DNA of 64,000 nt from Eledone cirrhosa (GCA_964016885.1 OZ024756.1:22320001-22384000); one strand, 5' to 3'; counted from the first letter of the stretch, positions 1-13,530 are shown. Notes: generated by a model from the letters alone, not told the origin. Program-made: numbers and translations.

Positions 1-222
1 TAGATAAGTTAAAAGATATAGTAAATTATAAAAGGATAAAAGCGTAGCATGATTTGAGGATAAATACCTAATATATTTTATATAACAAGAATTCAAATAG
101 ACGTAATTTTCTAAATGAAATTTAAATGTTCAAGCAAACTTTCAAATAAGCCGACAAATGAACACGCTCTCATATATAATTGTGTGTGTGTGTGTTCTAC
201 AGACTCTTTCTCTCCCTATCAC

Positions 223-263
<41 letters not shown>

Positions 264-266
264 ATA

Positions 267-300
<34 letters not shown>

Positions 301-524
301 CATACATACGCACATCTCTCTCTCTATATATATATATATACACACACACACAAACATCTCTCTCTATATATACACACACACACACACATCTGTCTCTCTC
401 TCTATATATATATAAACACATCTCTCTCTCTATATATATATATACACAAACACCTCTCTATCTCTCTCTCTCTATATATATTTATATATATAGAGAGTAT
501 ATATATATATATATAGAGAGAGAG

Positions 525-586
<62 letters not shown>

Positions 587-612
587 TAGAGAGAGAGAGA
601 GTTTATATATAA

Positions 613-644
<32 letters not shown>

Positions 645-995
645 TTAATAATTGCCTTATGTTGTTTATTACATAACTATATATATATATAGATATTTTA
701 TATAGTGATTTGATGAATATTTTCATTGATCTTTTGCTCCATGAACTTGTTGAGTGTTCTCGGTCTGCTATACCCTTTTCTAAATATATATATATATTTT
801 TATTTATTACTTGTCAATTTTTTTTTATATATAAAATATTTATTTTATATTATTTATGTTCTTTCTCATATATATATATATATATATTGAGTTATATATG
901 TATATGTATGTGTGTGTGTGTGTGTACGTATGCATACGTATGTGTGTGTAGGTATATATGTGTATGTTAGTAAGTATGTATGTGTATGTATGTGC

Positions 996-1037
<42 letters not shown>

Positions 1038-1067
1038 TATTCACTATATACAATATATACAATATTC

Positions 1068-1110
<43 letters not shown>

Positions 1111-1263
1111 TTTAGAGTTAAATCAGGTTCATATGAATTATCTAAGAATGAGTTTTACACATATATATATATATATATGTGTGTTTGTATTTGGTTGTGC
1201 GTGTTTGTGATATGTACGTATTTGTATGTGTATAATTGTATGGCTATGTATGTATGTGTGTGT

Positions 1264-1341
<78 letters not shown>

Positions 1342-1758
1342 ATGTATATGTGTGTGTATATATGTATATGTGTGTGTGTGCGTGTGTATGTATTTGTGTA
1401 TCCGTATGCATGTGTTTATGTATTTCTATATGTATATTTATGTGTGAGAGTGTGTATGTATTTATTTTTACGTATGTATGTGTACGTGCATTTGTGTGTA
1501 TTGCTTACCACGTGTGTTTTTTCATTTATTTGTTGCCTGTATCGCTGTCAACTTTTGTCTTTTATTATAATTTTTATATGTATTTTTTCTTATATTTATT
1601 TTTGTGTGTGAATATGTAGAGGTGTGTGTATATTTTTCTAATATTGTGCATGCATATGTATGCATGTATGTATGTGTGTATGTATGTGTATGTATGTACG
1701 TGTGTATATACGTATGATTGTGTGTATGTATGTATGTGTGTATGGCTATGTATGTGTA

Positions 1759-1812
<54 letters not shown>

Positions 1813-2064
1813 TATATATATTTCTATTTCTATATATATATGTGTATATATATGTGTGTGGTTGTATATATGTATGTGTATGTATGGATATGTTGATATT
1901 TATGTGTGTATGTATGTGTTTATGTGTGTGTGTAATTATGTGTGTATGTGTGTATGTATATATATATATATAACGAAGGAAATGTGGTAAGGAACCAGGT
2001 GGACCATAACGCACCAAAGTACTCAATACTTGTGGTAGTAGAGTGGGTAATAGGAACCAGTAAG

Positions 2065-2158
2065 ACCCCGACAGCTGAGCTCAAGCCGTTTCGACGGCTA
2101 ATTCTGGACTAAATGAAAATTTATCCTGGTATTTAAATAGCCGATCTTCTCAAGGGGT
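2065..2158 (-). ncRNA. Mirror copy of the family A hammerhead in the inverted arm
   Basis: Near-exact reverse complement of 3647-3740. Confidence 0.78.
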
Positions 2159-2297
2159 AATTCCATATATGGTCAAAGTGATTGTCAAAAATCAGTAATA
2201 ATTCTGTGGTTGCAAATTAGTAGGGGAGATGGTGGCTAAACCTGCCAGTAGGAGAAAGAGGGGAGGGGGTGGAGTAGACCCAATCAAGCGTTGGTAG

Positions 2298-2536
2298 TGC
2301 AGTAACCAGTTCATCTTTCTTGTTTAGGAGTTGGTCCGTCGAAAACAGCATTTGTAAAGTTTCCTCCGAGCATAAATTGCACGGACGGCGTCCTCCCGTG
2401 TAAGAATTGGCTCTGGACAGTAATCTCCAAGTGAGACCAACTCCTAAACAAGAAAGATGAACTGGTTACTGCATGTAAACATAGATTGCGTAGGACTTAC
2501 CTCGCCCTCAAACCCCATAATGACCCGGGGGGGTAG
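2298..2536. pseudogene. C-terminus of PLE GIY-YIG endonuclease, present on both strands of the fold-back
   Basis: Minus 2434->2298 reads TWRLLSRANSYTGGRRPCNLCSEETLQMLFSTDQLLNKKDELVTA. Plus 2435-2536 reads DQLLNKKDELVTACKHRLRRTYLALKPHNDPGG*. This matches the W..L.RA..Y....C.LC..E...LLNK..EL...C.H signature of PLE endonucleases. Confidence 0.85.
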
Positions 2537-3646
2537 ACTAGGGCTATAACACCCCACTTGCCGATTTTGCAATGGGTAACCCCTGCTTGCCAAGGAAGAC
2601 GTAAGATCTTCTTTGTATTCTTTTATCACTTCCTTTATTTCCTTCCCCCCTTTCTCCTTTGTCCTTCTACCCCAGCTCTTCTCCTTTGTCGGCGTCTTTT
2701 CTCGCCCACCCGAGGCTGCCCTTTGGCCCCATGTAGCCTTAGTACCCCCACCACCCCCTCCCCTAGTCTATGATAGATTTGGCGGACTCCGCCCTTTATA
2801 GCAGTTGGCTTAGACCCCGGATACTTGCCCCCTCTTTCCGACCGCTCCCACTATTCTCTGTGCCCTCTATATTTCTTAGTGGCACTTATGCCTTATTTTT
2901 TCGTTTCAGTATTTCTTGCTTCGCTTTTCTTCTGGGCGGGGTGGATTCTGAATTTATTTCTCCGTATTCTACCTTTATTTCGTACGAACTTTCATGTAGC
3001 TTGTTTTAGATCTTTTAGAGTTAGCATTAGTATATATTTTTCTCGGGACCTAGAATTATTATCTCGTACAAGTTCACTTTGCTGCACTGGGTCGTTGCTG
3101 GCCCGGGATGGAAACCTTTATTGTTTATTTCGTGGTAGTCTCTTTAGTATTTTGGCCCCTTTTGTTGACCCGTCACCGTATCATTTACGTACTTATACCT
3201 CTTAAAAGGGTCTTTGCCTATTCCGTCCCACCTAGTTCTTTTACTTATTTCGTTATTTCTTTATTTATTTATTTATTTACTTCTTTCTTTCTTTCTTTAT
3301 TTTATTCTAGCCTAACAATAGCCTGACACCTAGGTCGTAGAATTTAATTTACTTTACTTTTTTCTTTACACTTATTTGCTTTTCTTCACTCTCAGTATTT
3401 TTTCCTTCCTATATTTCTACCCCCCATTGTTCTACCTACCGTTCCGACTTCCTCCCCCTCCCCCTCCCCTCTATCTTCTTTGACCTCATGCCCAGCTGTA
3501 GCTGGCACTACCAACGCTTGATTGGGTCTACTCCACCCCCTCCCCTCTTTCTCCTACTGGCAGGTTTAGCCACCATCTCCCCTACTAATTTGCAACCACA
3601 GAATTACTACTGATTTTTGACAATCACTTTGACCATATATGGAATT

Positions 3647-3740
3647 ACCCCTTGAGAAGATCGGCTATTTAAATACCAGGATACATTTTCATTTAGTCCA
3701 GAATTAGCCGTCGAAACGGCTTGAGCTCAGCTGTCGGGGT
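3647..3740 (+). ncRNA. Type I hammerhead ribozyme, U3-A8 core variant (family A)
   Basis: Stem I ACCCC/GGGGT; core TTGAGAA; stem II GA(T)CGGCTA..TAGCCGTC with long loop; GAAA 3713-3716; stem III CGGCT/AGCTG; GUC site ending 3735. Confidence 0.8.
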
Positions 3741-3750
3741 CTTACTGGTT

Positions 3751-3817
<67 letters not shown>

Positions 3818-3976
3818 ATGTATATAATCGTGTGTGTGTGTGTGTGTGTGTGTGTTTGCATGTGTGTTTTTATTTTATTTTTCCTTTCCTTCTTCCTTCT
3901 CCAGCCTCACTTTCATATAGATTGCATTTTTGTTTTTTAAAATCCAATATCAATAAATTAAATAGACCAGGATTTT

Positions 3977-4034
3977 TTCATTCTGATGATTGAAAGCAAA
4001 TATTTTTGCTTTTAAGAAACCACTGGTAAATGGA
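3977..4034 (+). ncRNA. Type I hammerhead ribozyme in a short pLTR-like remnant ending at (TA)n
   Basis: TTCATT-CTGATGA-TTGAAAGCAAA(loop)TTTGCTTTTAA-GAAA-CCACTGG-TA-AATGGA. The following ~34 nt (4034-4067) recur at 647-680, also abutting (TA)n. Confidence 0.85.
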
Positions 4035-4060
4035 ATAATTGCCTTATGTTGTTTATTACA

Positions 4061-4099
<39 letters not shown>

Positions 4100-4302
4100 G
4101 TGTGTATGCAGTAAGAGAAAGGAGAAGGACAGTTAGGATCCGGAATGACTATCTGAAGAACTCTTCTATACAGATGTACATTTGTTCATAATAGTTCACG
4201 GGGAATAAAGGATTGATCACATCAACTTATCCTCAACAGCGAAACTGTATATAGAAATAGGAATACAATGGAAATGATTATTATGGCATGGACTCGACGT
4301 TC

Positions 4303-4338
<36 letters not shown>

Positions 4339-4376
4339 CATATGTATATATATATATGTGTATGTGTGTGTGTGCA

Positions 4377-4455
<79 letters not shown>

Positions 4456-4680
4456 ATATATATATATGTGTGTGTATGTGTATAAATATATATGTGTGTG
4501 TGCATGTGTATATATATTTTTGTGTGCGTGTATGTATATATATATGTTTGTGTGTGTGCATATGTATATATATATATGTGTGTGTGTGTGTGCATATGTG
4601 TATATATATATATGTGTGTGTGTTTGTGTGTATATGTGTATATATGTGTGTATAGGTATGTGTGTGTATGCCTATATTTG

Positions 4681-4711
<31 letters not shown>

Positions 4712-4844
4712 GGGAGCGTATATTTGTTTATATATATATATATATATTTCTATATATATGTGGGAGCGTATATTTGTTTATTTATACATACATACATACA
4801 TACATACATACATACATACATACATACATACATACATACATACA

Positions 4845-5443
4845 TGGTGGCTGCCAACTCGTTTTCGAGTACAGCCACTACATTATATCCATGTAGGAGA
4901 ACTCATACCGATGCGCTGAACGAGTGTGACACTTTAGTCCAGCCAGCGACTTGAAAACTCTGGTACAAACACTACACCTGTGACAATTATTGACACATAG
5001 TGCTGGGCCCATGGTACCATGTGATGACAAGTTCAGAGAGACCTCCAGATATAAAGCAATGCCTGTGCCGTGAAGCTTTTATAGTGAGCAAAGGCACTGC
5101 ACAAAGCCAGTCCCACTCTCTTAACCAAGATGATATTTACCAAAAAGAAGAACAAGTCACCGTCATTGGTAACCACCAGGGTTGCAGGTATTATACCAGA
5201 GTTTTCCTTCTCCTAGAATTCTGCCTTGACAAAGGCTAAGTGGTCATCTCTCCCGGTGATTTTGGATGGCCATTGACTCTTAAGAGCTCCTTTGCCAGGT
5301 TTTGTTTTTAGTCCTGCAGGATGTCCAAAGTCACCCTCCTCACCAAGAAACCTTGGTGGGGTTGCCAGTTTAGTCGCCAACGATCCGACCATGGGACAGG
5401 TTAACTGGGATACATGTTACCAGTAGCACCAACTGGTGACCTG
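4845..5443 (-). mobile_element. Probable LINE (RTE-like) 5' region between (CATA)n arrays
   Basis: Complex GC-richer island bounded by (CATA)n. The minus strand has CTAGGAGAAGGAAAACTCTG, which resembles RTE 5' UTRs as I recall them (not searched). Confidence 0.45.
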
Positions 5444-5567
5444 ACATACATACATACATACATACATACATACATACATACATACATACATACATACATA
5501 CATACATACATACATACATACATACATACATACGTGTGTGTGTGTGCATGTGTGTGCGTATGTGTGG

Positions 5568-5658
<91 letters not shown>

Positions 5659-5764
5659 GTAAACAGAAATAACAACACAATCGGTACAGTATATGGAAGG
5701 GATTGTGTGGGTATACGTATATATATATATATATATAGGTATGTGTGTGTGTGTGTGGGCGTGC

Positions 5765-5805
<41 letters not shown>

Positions 5806-6077
5806 CTCTTCATTTGATATCATGGGATTGTCTAAATCTTACGCAATACACGACGAGATCTTTTGTAGCATTGAATGCATGTGATGGAAAACAGGGTTAT
5901 AGGTTACTTCAATTAGGCTTACGGTGTGTATGTAGAGACGTACTCACACATACACATATGCACACACACGTATATATGTATATATATATATATACATATA
6001 TTTGTGTATATATATATACATATATATATATGTGTATATATATAAATACATATGCATACATACATTTACACCTCTCC

Positions 6078-6110
<33 letters not shown>

Positions 6111-6139
6111 CGTATATAGATATATACTCATATATATAA

Positions 6140-6237
<98 letters not shown>

Positions 6238-6514
6238 GTATATATATATATACTCATATATATACGTATATATATATATATATATATACGTATACATTTA
6301 TGTATATATATATACTCATATATATACGTATATATATATATATATACGTATATATATACGTATATATATATATATATATATATATACGTATATATTTATG
6401 TACATATATATATATACGTATATATATACGTATATATATATATCCGTATATATTTATGTACATATATATATATATATTAGTATATATATACATATATATA
6501 TATATGTACATATC

Positions 6515-6546
<32 letters not shown>

Positions 6547-6698
6547 CTTATATATATAAGTATCTATATATATGTATGTGTATATATTTATATATATGTC
6601 TATATATTTATATATATGTATGTATATATATATATTTATATATATCTGTGTATATATATATATATTTATATATATGTATGTATATATATATATTTATA

Positions 6699-6799
<101 letters not shown>

Positions 6800-7149
6800 T
6801 TATATATATGTATGTATATGCATATATAAATATGACCATGTGGGTGTATGCGTGTCTATATATGTATGAGTGTGTTTCTGGTTTTATTTATATGTTCGTC
6901 CGGTTGTAATCGGAATAACCGGAATACTGCATCATATAATTGAATTTCTTCCATTAATATACCAAAGTTATTGGAACATTTCTGAAAAGATAATGGATAT
7001 GGTGATAATGATTTAGCAACGAAGATCATTATTTCTGCATTGTTATTATTATATTGTCATTGTTATTATTATATTGTCATTGTTATTATTATTTTGTCAT
7101 TGTTATTATTATCATCATTATAATTATTATTATTTCTATTATATTTATC

Positions 7150-7343
7150 GGCAGTTTGACGGACGCAATGCTTCGCAGCGTAGAGTTACGGCCCTTTATG
7201 ATGTGAGTTCAAATCCCGCCGTGGTTAAGTTTGCCTTTCATCATTACGCGGTCGATAAAATAAAGTACCATTCACGCACTGGGGTCGATTTAATCAACTT
7301 TCCTCTCCCTTAAAATTGCTGGCCTTGTGCCCATATAAGAACC
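7150..7343 (+). mobile_element. tRNA-derived SINE (diverged copy); extra tail fragment at 7379-7431
   Basis: B box GAGTTCAAATCC; core TTTGCCTTTCATC..GGTCGATAAAATAAAGTACCA; tail TTGCTGGCCTTGTGCC. Confidence 0.85.
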
Positions 7344-7581
7344 CGTTAATTCTATTATATTTATTGTCAACATTATTATTAATGCACTGGGTAATTGCTG
7401 GCCTTGTGCCAAACGTAGGAACAATTATTATTAATATGTTTAAACGATAACCAAAATTGCAAGAGCTTCCGCTCTGGAAACATTTTTACCTCTCTAAAGG
7501 CCTTTTACGGATTTTATAAGCCATTTTATTTCAACTGTCTGTAACTGCAGTTATTGTCTGCGCTTGGGTACCCCACATCTA

Positions 7582-7920
7582 AGAGAGAGAGAAGTCAAGA
7601 AAGAGAGAGTCGAGAGAGAGAGAGAGAGTAAGAGAGAGTCGAGAGAGAGAGAGAGTAAGAGAGCGTCGAGAGAGAGAGTAAGAGAGAGAGTAAGAGAGAG
7701 AGCGTAAGAGAGAGAGAGTAAGAGAGAGAGAGTGAGAGACTAAGAGAGAGAGAGTGAGAGACTAAGAGAGAGAGAGTGTACGAGAGAGAGTAAGAGGGAG
7801 AGTAAGAGAGAGAGTAAGAGAGAGAGTAAGAGAGAGAGAGTAAGAGAGAGACAGTAAGAGAGAGAGTAAGAGAGAGCGTTGAATGAGAGAGAGAGTTATA
7901 GACAGAGAGAGAGAGAGAGT
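7582..7920. repeat. GA-rich compound microsatellite (GAGAGAGTAA-like)
   Basis: Directly visible. Confidence 0.9.
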
Positions 7921-7957
7921 GATTAGGAGAAGTACTCGGCGTTGTCCGTGTTAAACA

Positions 7958-8054
7958 AATAATTGTTCCTACTGTTGGCACAAGGCCAGCAATTACCCAG
8001 TGCATTACTGGTACTTTATATTATCGACCCCGTAAGGATGAAAGGCAAAGTTAA
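7958..8054 (-). mobile_element. SINE 3' half
   Basis: Reverse complement of SINE core and tail. Confidence 0.85.
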
Positions 8055-8139
8055 AATAATGACATTTCATTAAAAACGTTTTATATGGCATATTTCAAAC
8101 TTCTTGTATAGCTGTTTCTTGTATGTAACATATCTTGTA

Positions 8140-9209
8140 ATTGCAATACACTTGGATTTTGAAAATATACATAAAAACATCTTCGTGGATGATATTTGCA
8201 CCAAAGGACATGTGATGCGCATGGAGGATGACGGCTGGATAAAGAAGTACAAGAAATCCCAGTAGAAGGAAGATGCAGTCGAGGAAGACCAGGAAAAACA
8301 TGGGTGGAGATGGTGAGAGAAGACCTCAGATCGCTAATGCTCACAGAGGGGATGACAAAGGACCGCCGTGGCAAATGGAGAGATGCTGTGCTGAATAGGA
8401 CCCGTCCCACCCTTGCAAGCGGAGAAAAGCGGACGTAAAATGAGGATGATGATGATGATATCATTTGGAATGCATTATTGGATTTTTGGATATTTTGAAG
8501 AAAGAGTATTGATTCAGAAATTGTACCAATCAGCACTCCCCTCAAGGTTTATGGTCATAAGTATTTAAACTCAGTCTTTTCAAGAAAACTATCCAGGTGA
8601 TTCACCATTTCACTTTTTAGCACCACAATTTTAACAAATTTTGTTCATTGAGGAAATTTGAATTAAAAGTTCTAAGGCAAAGTTCCACTCGACAACCATT
8701 TAAAATTGTAAATCATCTATTCTTGCTCTCTGTTCATATAGCCATTGAGTTGTTTGAGCTTCAGTTTCTTTATGCGCCTTTGATCGACTCTATTTCTTTC
8801 CGTTTGCTGTCTTAATGATTTCCCTACATCTGATTCCTTTTGAACAATAGTCGCTTCCGTTGTCTTTTCTTCAGCAAACCTTTTTGAACTTTGTACTTCT
8901 GATTCATCCTCTCTATTCTGTGCACTTCTTATTCTATGTTGTTGAAGTCTTAAACGATCCTAGTGCATCTGATTAAGCTTTCGTATATGCTATAGTTTCG
9001 TACATCTAATTCTTCTTGTCGAATAGTAGCTTTCTTTATCCTATCATTAGTAATCCATTTTGATCTTTGTTCGTTTGATTCATTTTGCCTATATTTCGAT
9101 GATGTTTTCTTTGATTTTAGAGCTTCTTTTGTCGCTGCTCTTCACTTTCATATTCCCTTTGTACCTACTTTCTGAGACCTTCAAATGAAGGTCTATTTTA
9201 TGGTGGCAT
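8140..9209 (-). pseudogene. Decayed Helitron Rep-helicase N-terminal region, interrupted by an RTE insertion
   Basis: Minus-strand pieces in order: MPP.. start, charged E/R/Q repeats (..ETEAQTTQWLYEQRAR), SMNKIC*NCGAKK*NGESPG, LRGVLIGTISESILFLQNIQKSNNAFQMI, then SFGANIIHEDVFMYIFKIQ. These match the Helitron C..C.A.K..GE.PG and FL.NIR.YN.AFQMTSFGA motifs. Confidence 0.8.
8206..8459 (+). mobile_element. RTE-clade LINE 3' end with (GAT)n tail
   Basis: GHVMRMEDDGWIKK/VQEIPVEGRCSRGRPGKTWVEMVREDLRSLMLTEGMTKDR..RTRPTLASGEKRT*, followed by GATGATGAT. Confidence 0.85.
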
Positions 9210-9606
9210 TTTTACTTTCAGATTCCACTGTCATTATCTAAATAATTGGATTGGCAGCATCGGTAGATAATTAAGAAGGCTCAAGTATATAACTTTTGAA
9301 AGAATCAATAAACATGACACATTTGATGAAGTAAATAGCCGTACGGAATAAATCAAAATCAATTTTTCAGGAGCTATAAAAATGTATATAACGTCGAAAT
9401 ACATGTTACGCAATGCTTGAATATTTCGTAAAAAATGTAATGTAATTGTTAGAGTCATAGGAGTGCCGTATTAACATACGGCGTTTCTTTGACATTTTTT
9501 AAAGTCTGGTAGAGCTCATCCCTCTCCAGGCCTGAGTACAGCAGATTTCTTCCAGGGAAAGATAGAAAGTGAAAGAGAAGATATGAGAAAAAGATAGAGA
9601 CGAAAA

Positions 9607-9762
9607 ATTGACCTCAGTACTAGACTGGTACTTTTTTGATCGACTTCGAAAGGATGAAAGGCAAAGTTGACATCGGCGGGATTTGAACTCAGAGCCGAGA
9701 GCCGAAACGAATAATATAAAGCATTCTACCCGACATTCTAACGACTCAGCCAATTCGCCGCC
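9607..9762 (-). mobile_element. tRNA-derived SINE (related subfamily)
   Basis: GGATGAAAGGCAAAGTTGAC..GGCGGGATTTGAACTCAG on the plus strand. Confidence 0.8.
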
Positions 9763-10467
9763 TATCAAAAAGGTAAAACAATACATTAAGAAATTGATTG
9801 ATTATAGATTGTAAGGATAGAAATGGTTAAAGTACCCATATTGTGGTTTGTAAATATTTAACGAGTATATTGCTTGCGGCAAAATCGAATTCAAAATTTG
9901 CCTAGCTTGTATGAAGCTCCAAGCCTCAGATTAAGATGCTCAGACGTTGTTGATTTATATTCCGCATTGTTAAAATCAAAAATTACACAAACACGAAAGA
10001 AATGAAAACAGCCGGAGGATTAAGAAAAGCATGTATAAACAACTTAACACTAAATACACCGTCAGTAAGCAAACATCTCTCAGAAAATATCTGTCTAATA
10101 TACCAACGCTTCGCTAGTTTCAATTGCAGAGAGAAAAACAACACATTACTTTACAGAGAAAAAAACAACACAGCATGAGTTTAGATATTCTATTAAATAT
10201 TAATAAAATATGTATTCCAGATATGGAGGGTATTGTAGCAGAAAGAGACAAACACACAACGTATAGCTACAGAAACGTACATCACTCTCACACAACACAC
10301 ACACATAATACTGGTATACAAACGCCAACATCGCTCAATCGTTTTAAATTTCGCTCATCAAAAGAATGAATACAAATATTCTCGCATATAGGCAAAACCC
10401 ACACACCTCTTCCTGACTCTTTATATATATATTCCATTTCTCCGAGGGTTCTTAACACCACTATCAG

Positions 10468-10502
<35 letters not shown>

Positions 10503-10531
10503 CAATATCTCCCATCATTAACGAAACAAAA

Positions 10532-10614
10532 GTCTGATGAGCATTTGAATACAGAGTAGGCCCAGATCGATATAGTACGAACCTTGCGCTATTCAACAGC
10601 GAAACACGCGTCAC
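10532..10614 (+). ncRNA. Hammerhead ribozyme-like motif with extended stem II (weak stem I)
   Basis: CTGATGA-GC..TTGAATA(long loop)TATTCAA..GC-GAAA-CACGCG-TC. Confidence 0.6.
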
Positions 10615-10921
10615 CCATGATTAACCTTAATATTAGACTCATTTTAATATTAGACTCTGCATATAAAGAAAACTGACAATAGTTTAAACCCAAATGTGTA
10701 CACCAAGTACCAGACTTCAACTGACCTACGCTTCGAGTGCACAAGTTGGTCAAACAACAATGACAAAGCTATATATATATATAAATATATATTTCTAGTC
10801 TATTGTATGGTTCTGTCGTGTCGTAGGGTGGTCTTATTAACATACTGCTTTTCTTGGTCATGTTAAACCTGGCGGAGCCCATCCCTCTCCAGACCTATAT
10901 ATATATATATATATATATATA

Positions 10922-11088
10922 CGTTATTCCGGGTTGAATCGGAGGTAACCACAGTAAGTAAGGTACTCAATACATAGCAGAGTATAACAGTTTTAATATA
11001 GATGAGATTCTACAGGACTAGAACGAGATTCCTGATGATTTCTAATGAATGAAACAGTTCTAGTCCTGTAGAATCTCATCTATATTAA

Positions 11089-11092
<4 letters not shown>
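10922..11092 (+). mobile_element. Short fold-back PLE-type insertion in (TA)n
   Basis: 36-bp perfect arms 10989-11024 / 11057-11092; ~67-nt tail on the left; (TA)n both sides. Confidence 0.85.
11025..11077 (+). ncRNA. Type I hammerhead ribozyme
   Basis: GAGATTC-CTGATGA-T TTC TAAT GAA T-GAAA-CAG(TTCTAGTC)CTG-TA-GAATCTC. Confidence 0.82.
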
Positions 11093-11128
<36 letters not shown>

Positions 11129-11289
11129 ACACTAACATACCATAGTACCTCTCAGAAATGCATAAATTTAGTTTATGGTAAAAAAGATATTCAATCTAAT
11201 TTCTTGATTACAACATTCTATGCACAGATGCTCCCTTTTGTCACTCAGATTATTCACATATTTCATTTTAAGTTCATATCAATCAGACA

Positions 11290-11864
11290 AGCGTTGCTAT
11301 CCTACAAGCTATCCGTTTTCAGGGTATGAACATACAATTGGCGTGGATGAGATGCTGTAGGGTGTTACGTCTCTCGAAACCGTGACCCAAATACATCAAC
11401 AACGCGGAAATGTGCATGGGCACGTATGTAGTATTGATGGTCACCCGCAGAAACTGTGGTATCTAATGTATTGGAAGCACTTTCCGGGAGTTACAAGTCA
11501 CAGAAGAATGCATGAACAAAAGATATTGGAGTTACCATAGAAGACAGAGAGGAACGACGGTAATTTACGAATTATAGAGGTTCTCATTATAAACAAACAT
11601 AAGCCGGGGATGAATAATAGACTGGAGATTCATAAAGCAGACTGGCTGTTAGAACTGTTCTGCGCAAATCACACTCAAACGAACAGTCACCAAATGTTCA
11701 GCTTTCATCGGTCAACATTTGAAAATAGATTTTTACCCTTGAAATATATAGGTTAAAACAGTATTTTCTTTAGTATTGTCATCTTTTTTTGTCCCAATTC
11801 GGTATTTCTATTTCTATTTTATCTCTATTCTCAGCAACACTGCTTTCAATATATCTCCGCTAAA
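11290..11864 (+). pseudogene. Decayed PLE 3' end (GIY-YIG remnant plus pLTR) ending at (TA)n
   Basis: 11565-11627 reads LRIIEVLIINKHKPGMNNRLE, like the GIY-YIG terminal L...E...I....P..N motif. A degenerate hammerhead half GAAATATATAGG lies at about 11741. Confidence 0.55.
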
Positions 11865-11871
11865 TATATAT

Positions 11872-11997
<126 letters not shown>

Positions 11998-12394
11998 CGC
12001 TTACCCATTCGTGAAGCATACACACACCAATATGTTTCTCTTTTTAGATATAGCTTAATTTCTGGTCGTAGGATATGGAATGGGTAGTTCTAGGTTCGTC
12101 AGCAACAGCTATATAAAAAAACACTTTACTCTTTTTCCAATTCCGAAACTATACGCTTCATACAGAAAAACGCATCCACGCGCACACAAGTATTCCATGT
12201 TTGTGTGTGTCCGCCTTTGCGTGTTTTTCTCTCTCACTCTCTCTTTTATATATATATATATATATATATACGTCGGTATGTATGTGTGTACACACATACA
12301 TTCTTTTTTATTAATATGCATATAAACAAACAGTTATAGATTCTCTACGATTGAGAATACAACGCGCTTATGTGTGTGTGCGTGTGTGTGTATA

Positions 12395-12533
12395 CATACA
12401 CATATATCTATGTATATACACATATATATATACACACACCCATATATATATACATATATATACATATGTATGTTTGTGTGTGTACATACATATATTTCTA
12501 TGTATATACAGACATATATATATTCACACACAC

Positions 12534-12571
<38 letters not shown>

Positions 12572-12814
12572 GTATGGTTGTGTGTGTACATACATATATT
12601 TCTATGTATATACAGACATATATATATTCACACACCCATATATATATATATATACATATGTATGTTTGTGTGTGTACATACATATATTTCTATGTATATA
12701 CAGACATATATAAATACACACACCCATATATATATATATATATACATATGTATGTTTGTGTGTGTACATACATATATTTCTATGTATATACAGACATATA
12801 TATATATACACACA

Positions 12815-12851
<37 letters not shown>

Positions 12852-13527
12852 GTATGTTTGTGTGTGTACATACATATATTTCTATGTATATACACACATA
12901 TATATATATACACACACCCATATACATATATATACATATGTATGTTTGTGTGTGTACATACATATATTTCTATGTATATACACACATATATATATATACA
13001 CACACCCATATACATATATATACATATGTATGTTTGTGTGTGTACATACATATATTTCTATGTATATACACACATATATATATATACACACACCCATATA
13101 CATATATATACATATGTATATTTGTGTGTGTACGTACATATATTTCTATGTATATACAGACATATATATATTCACACACCCATATATATATATATATACA
13201 TATGTATGTTTGTGTGTGTACATACATATATTTCTATGTATATACAGACATATATATATACACACACCCATATATATATACATATGTATGTTTGTGTGTG
13301 TACATACATATATTTCTATGTATATACACATATATATATATATATACACACACCCATATACATATATATACATATGTATGTTTGTGTGTGTACATACATA
13401 TATTTCTATGTATATACAGACATATATATATATACACACACCCATAAATATATATATACATATGTATATTTGTGTGTGTACATACATATATTTCTATGTA
13501 TATACAGACATATATATATTCACACAC

Positions 13528-13530
<3 letters not shown>
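12395..13530. repeat. ~88-bp microsatellite-derived minisatellite, about 13 units
   Basis: TTTCTATGTATATAC anchor recurs every ~82-104 bp. Confidence 0.9.

Larger units (their letters stand above)
1972..3752 (+). mobile_element. Penelope-like element (family A), 5'-truncated, with inverted pLTR arm plus tail, inserted in (TA)n
   Basis: 2050-2300 is the reverse complement of about 3505-3755. Unpaired 78-nt tail at 1972-2049. (TA)n on both sides. Contains a GIY-YIG C-terminal remnant and a hammerhead. Confidence 0.9.

Noticed and set aside
9468-10897. ~65-bp diverged direct repeat (about 9468-9535 and 10833-10897)
   Set aside because: Probably fragments of an unidentified dispersed repeat, too short to classify.
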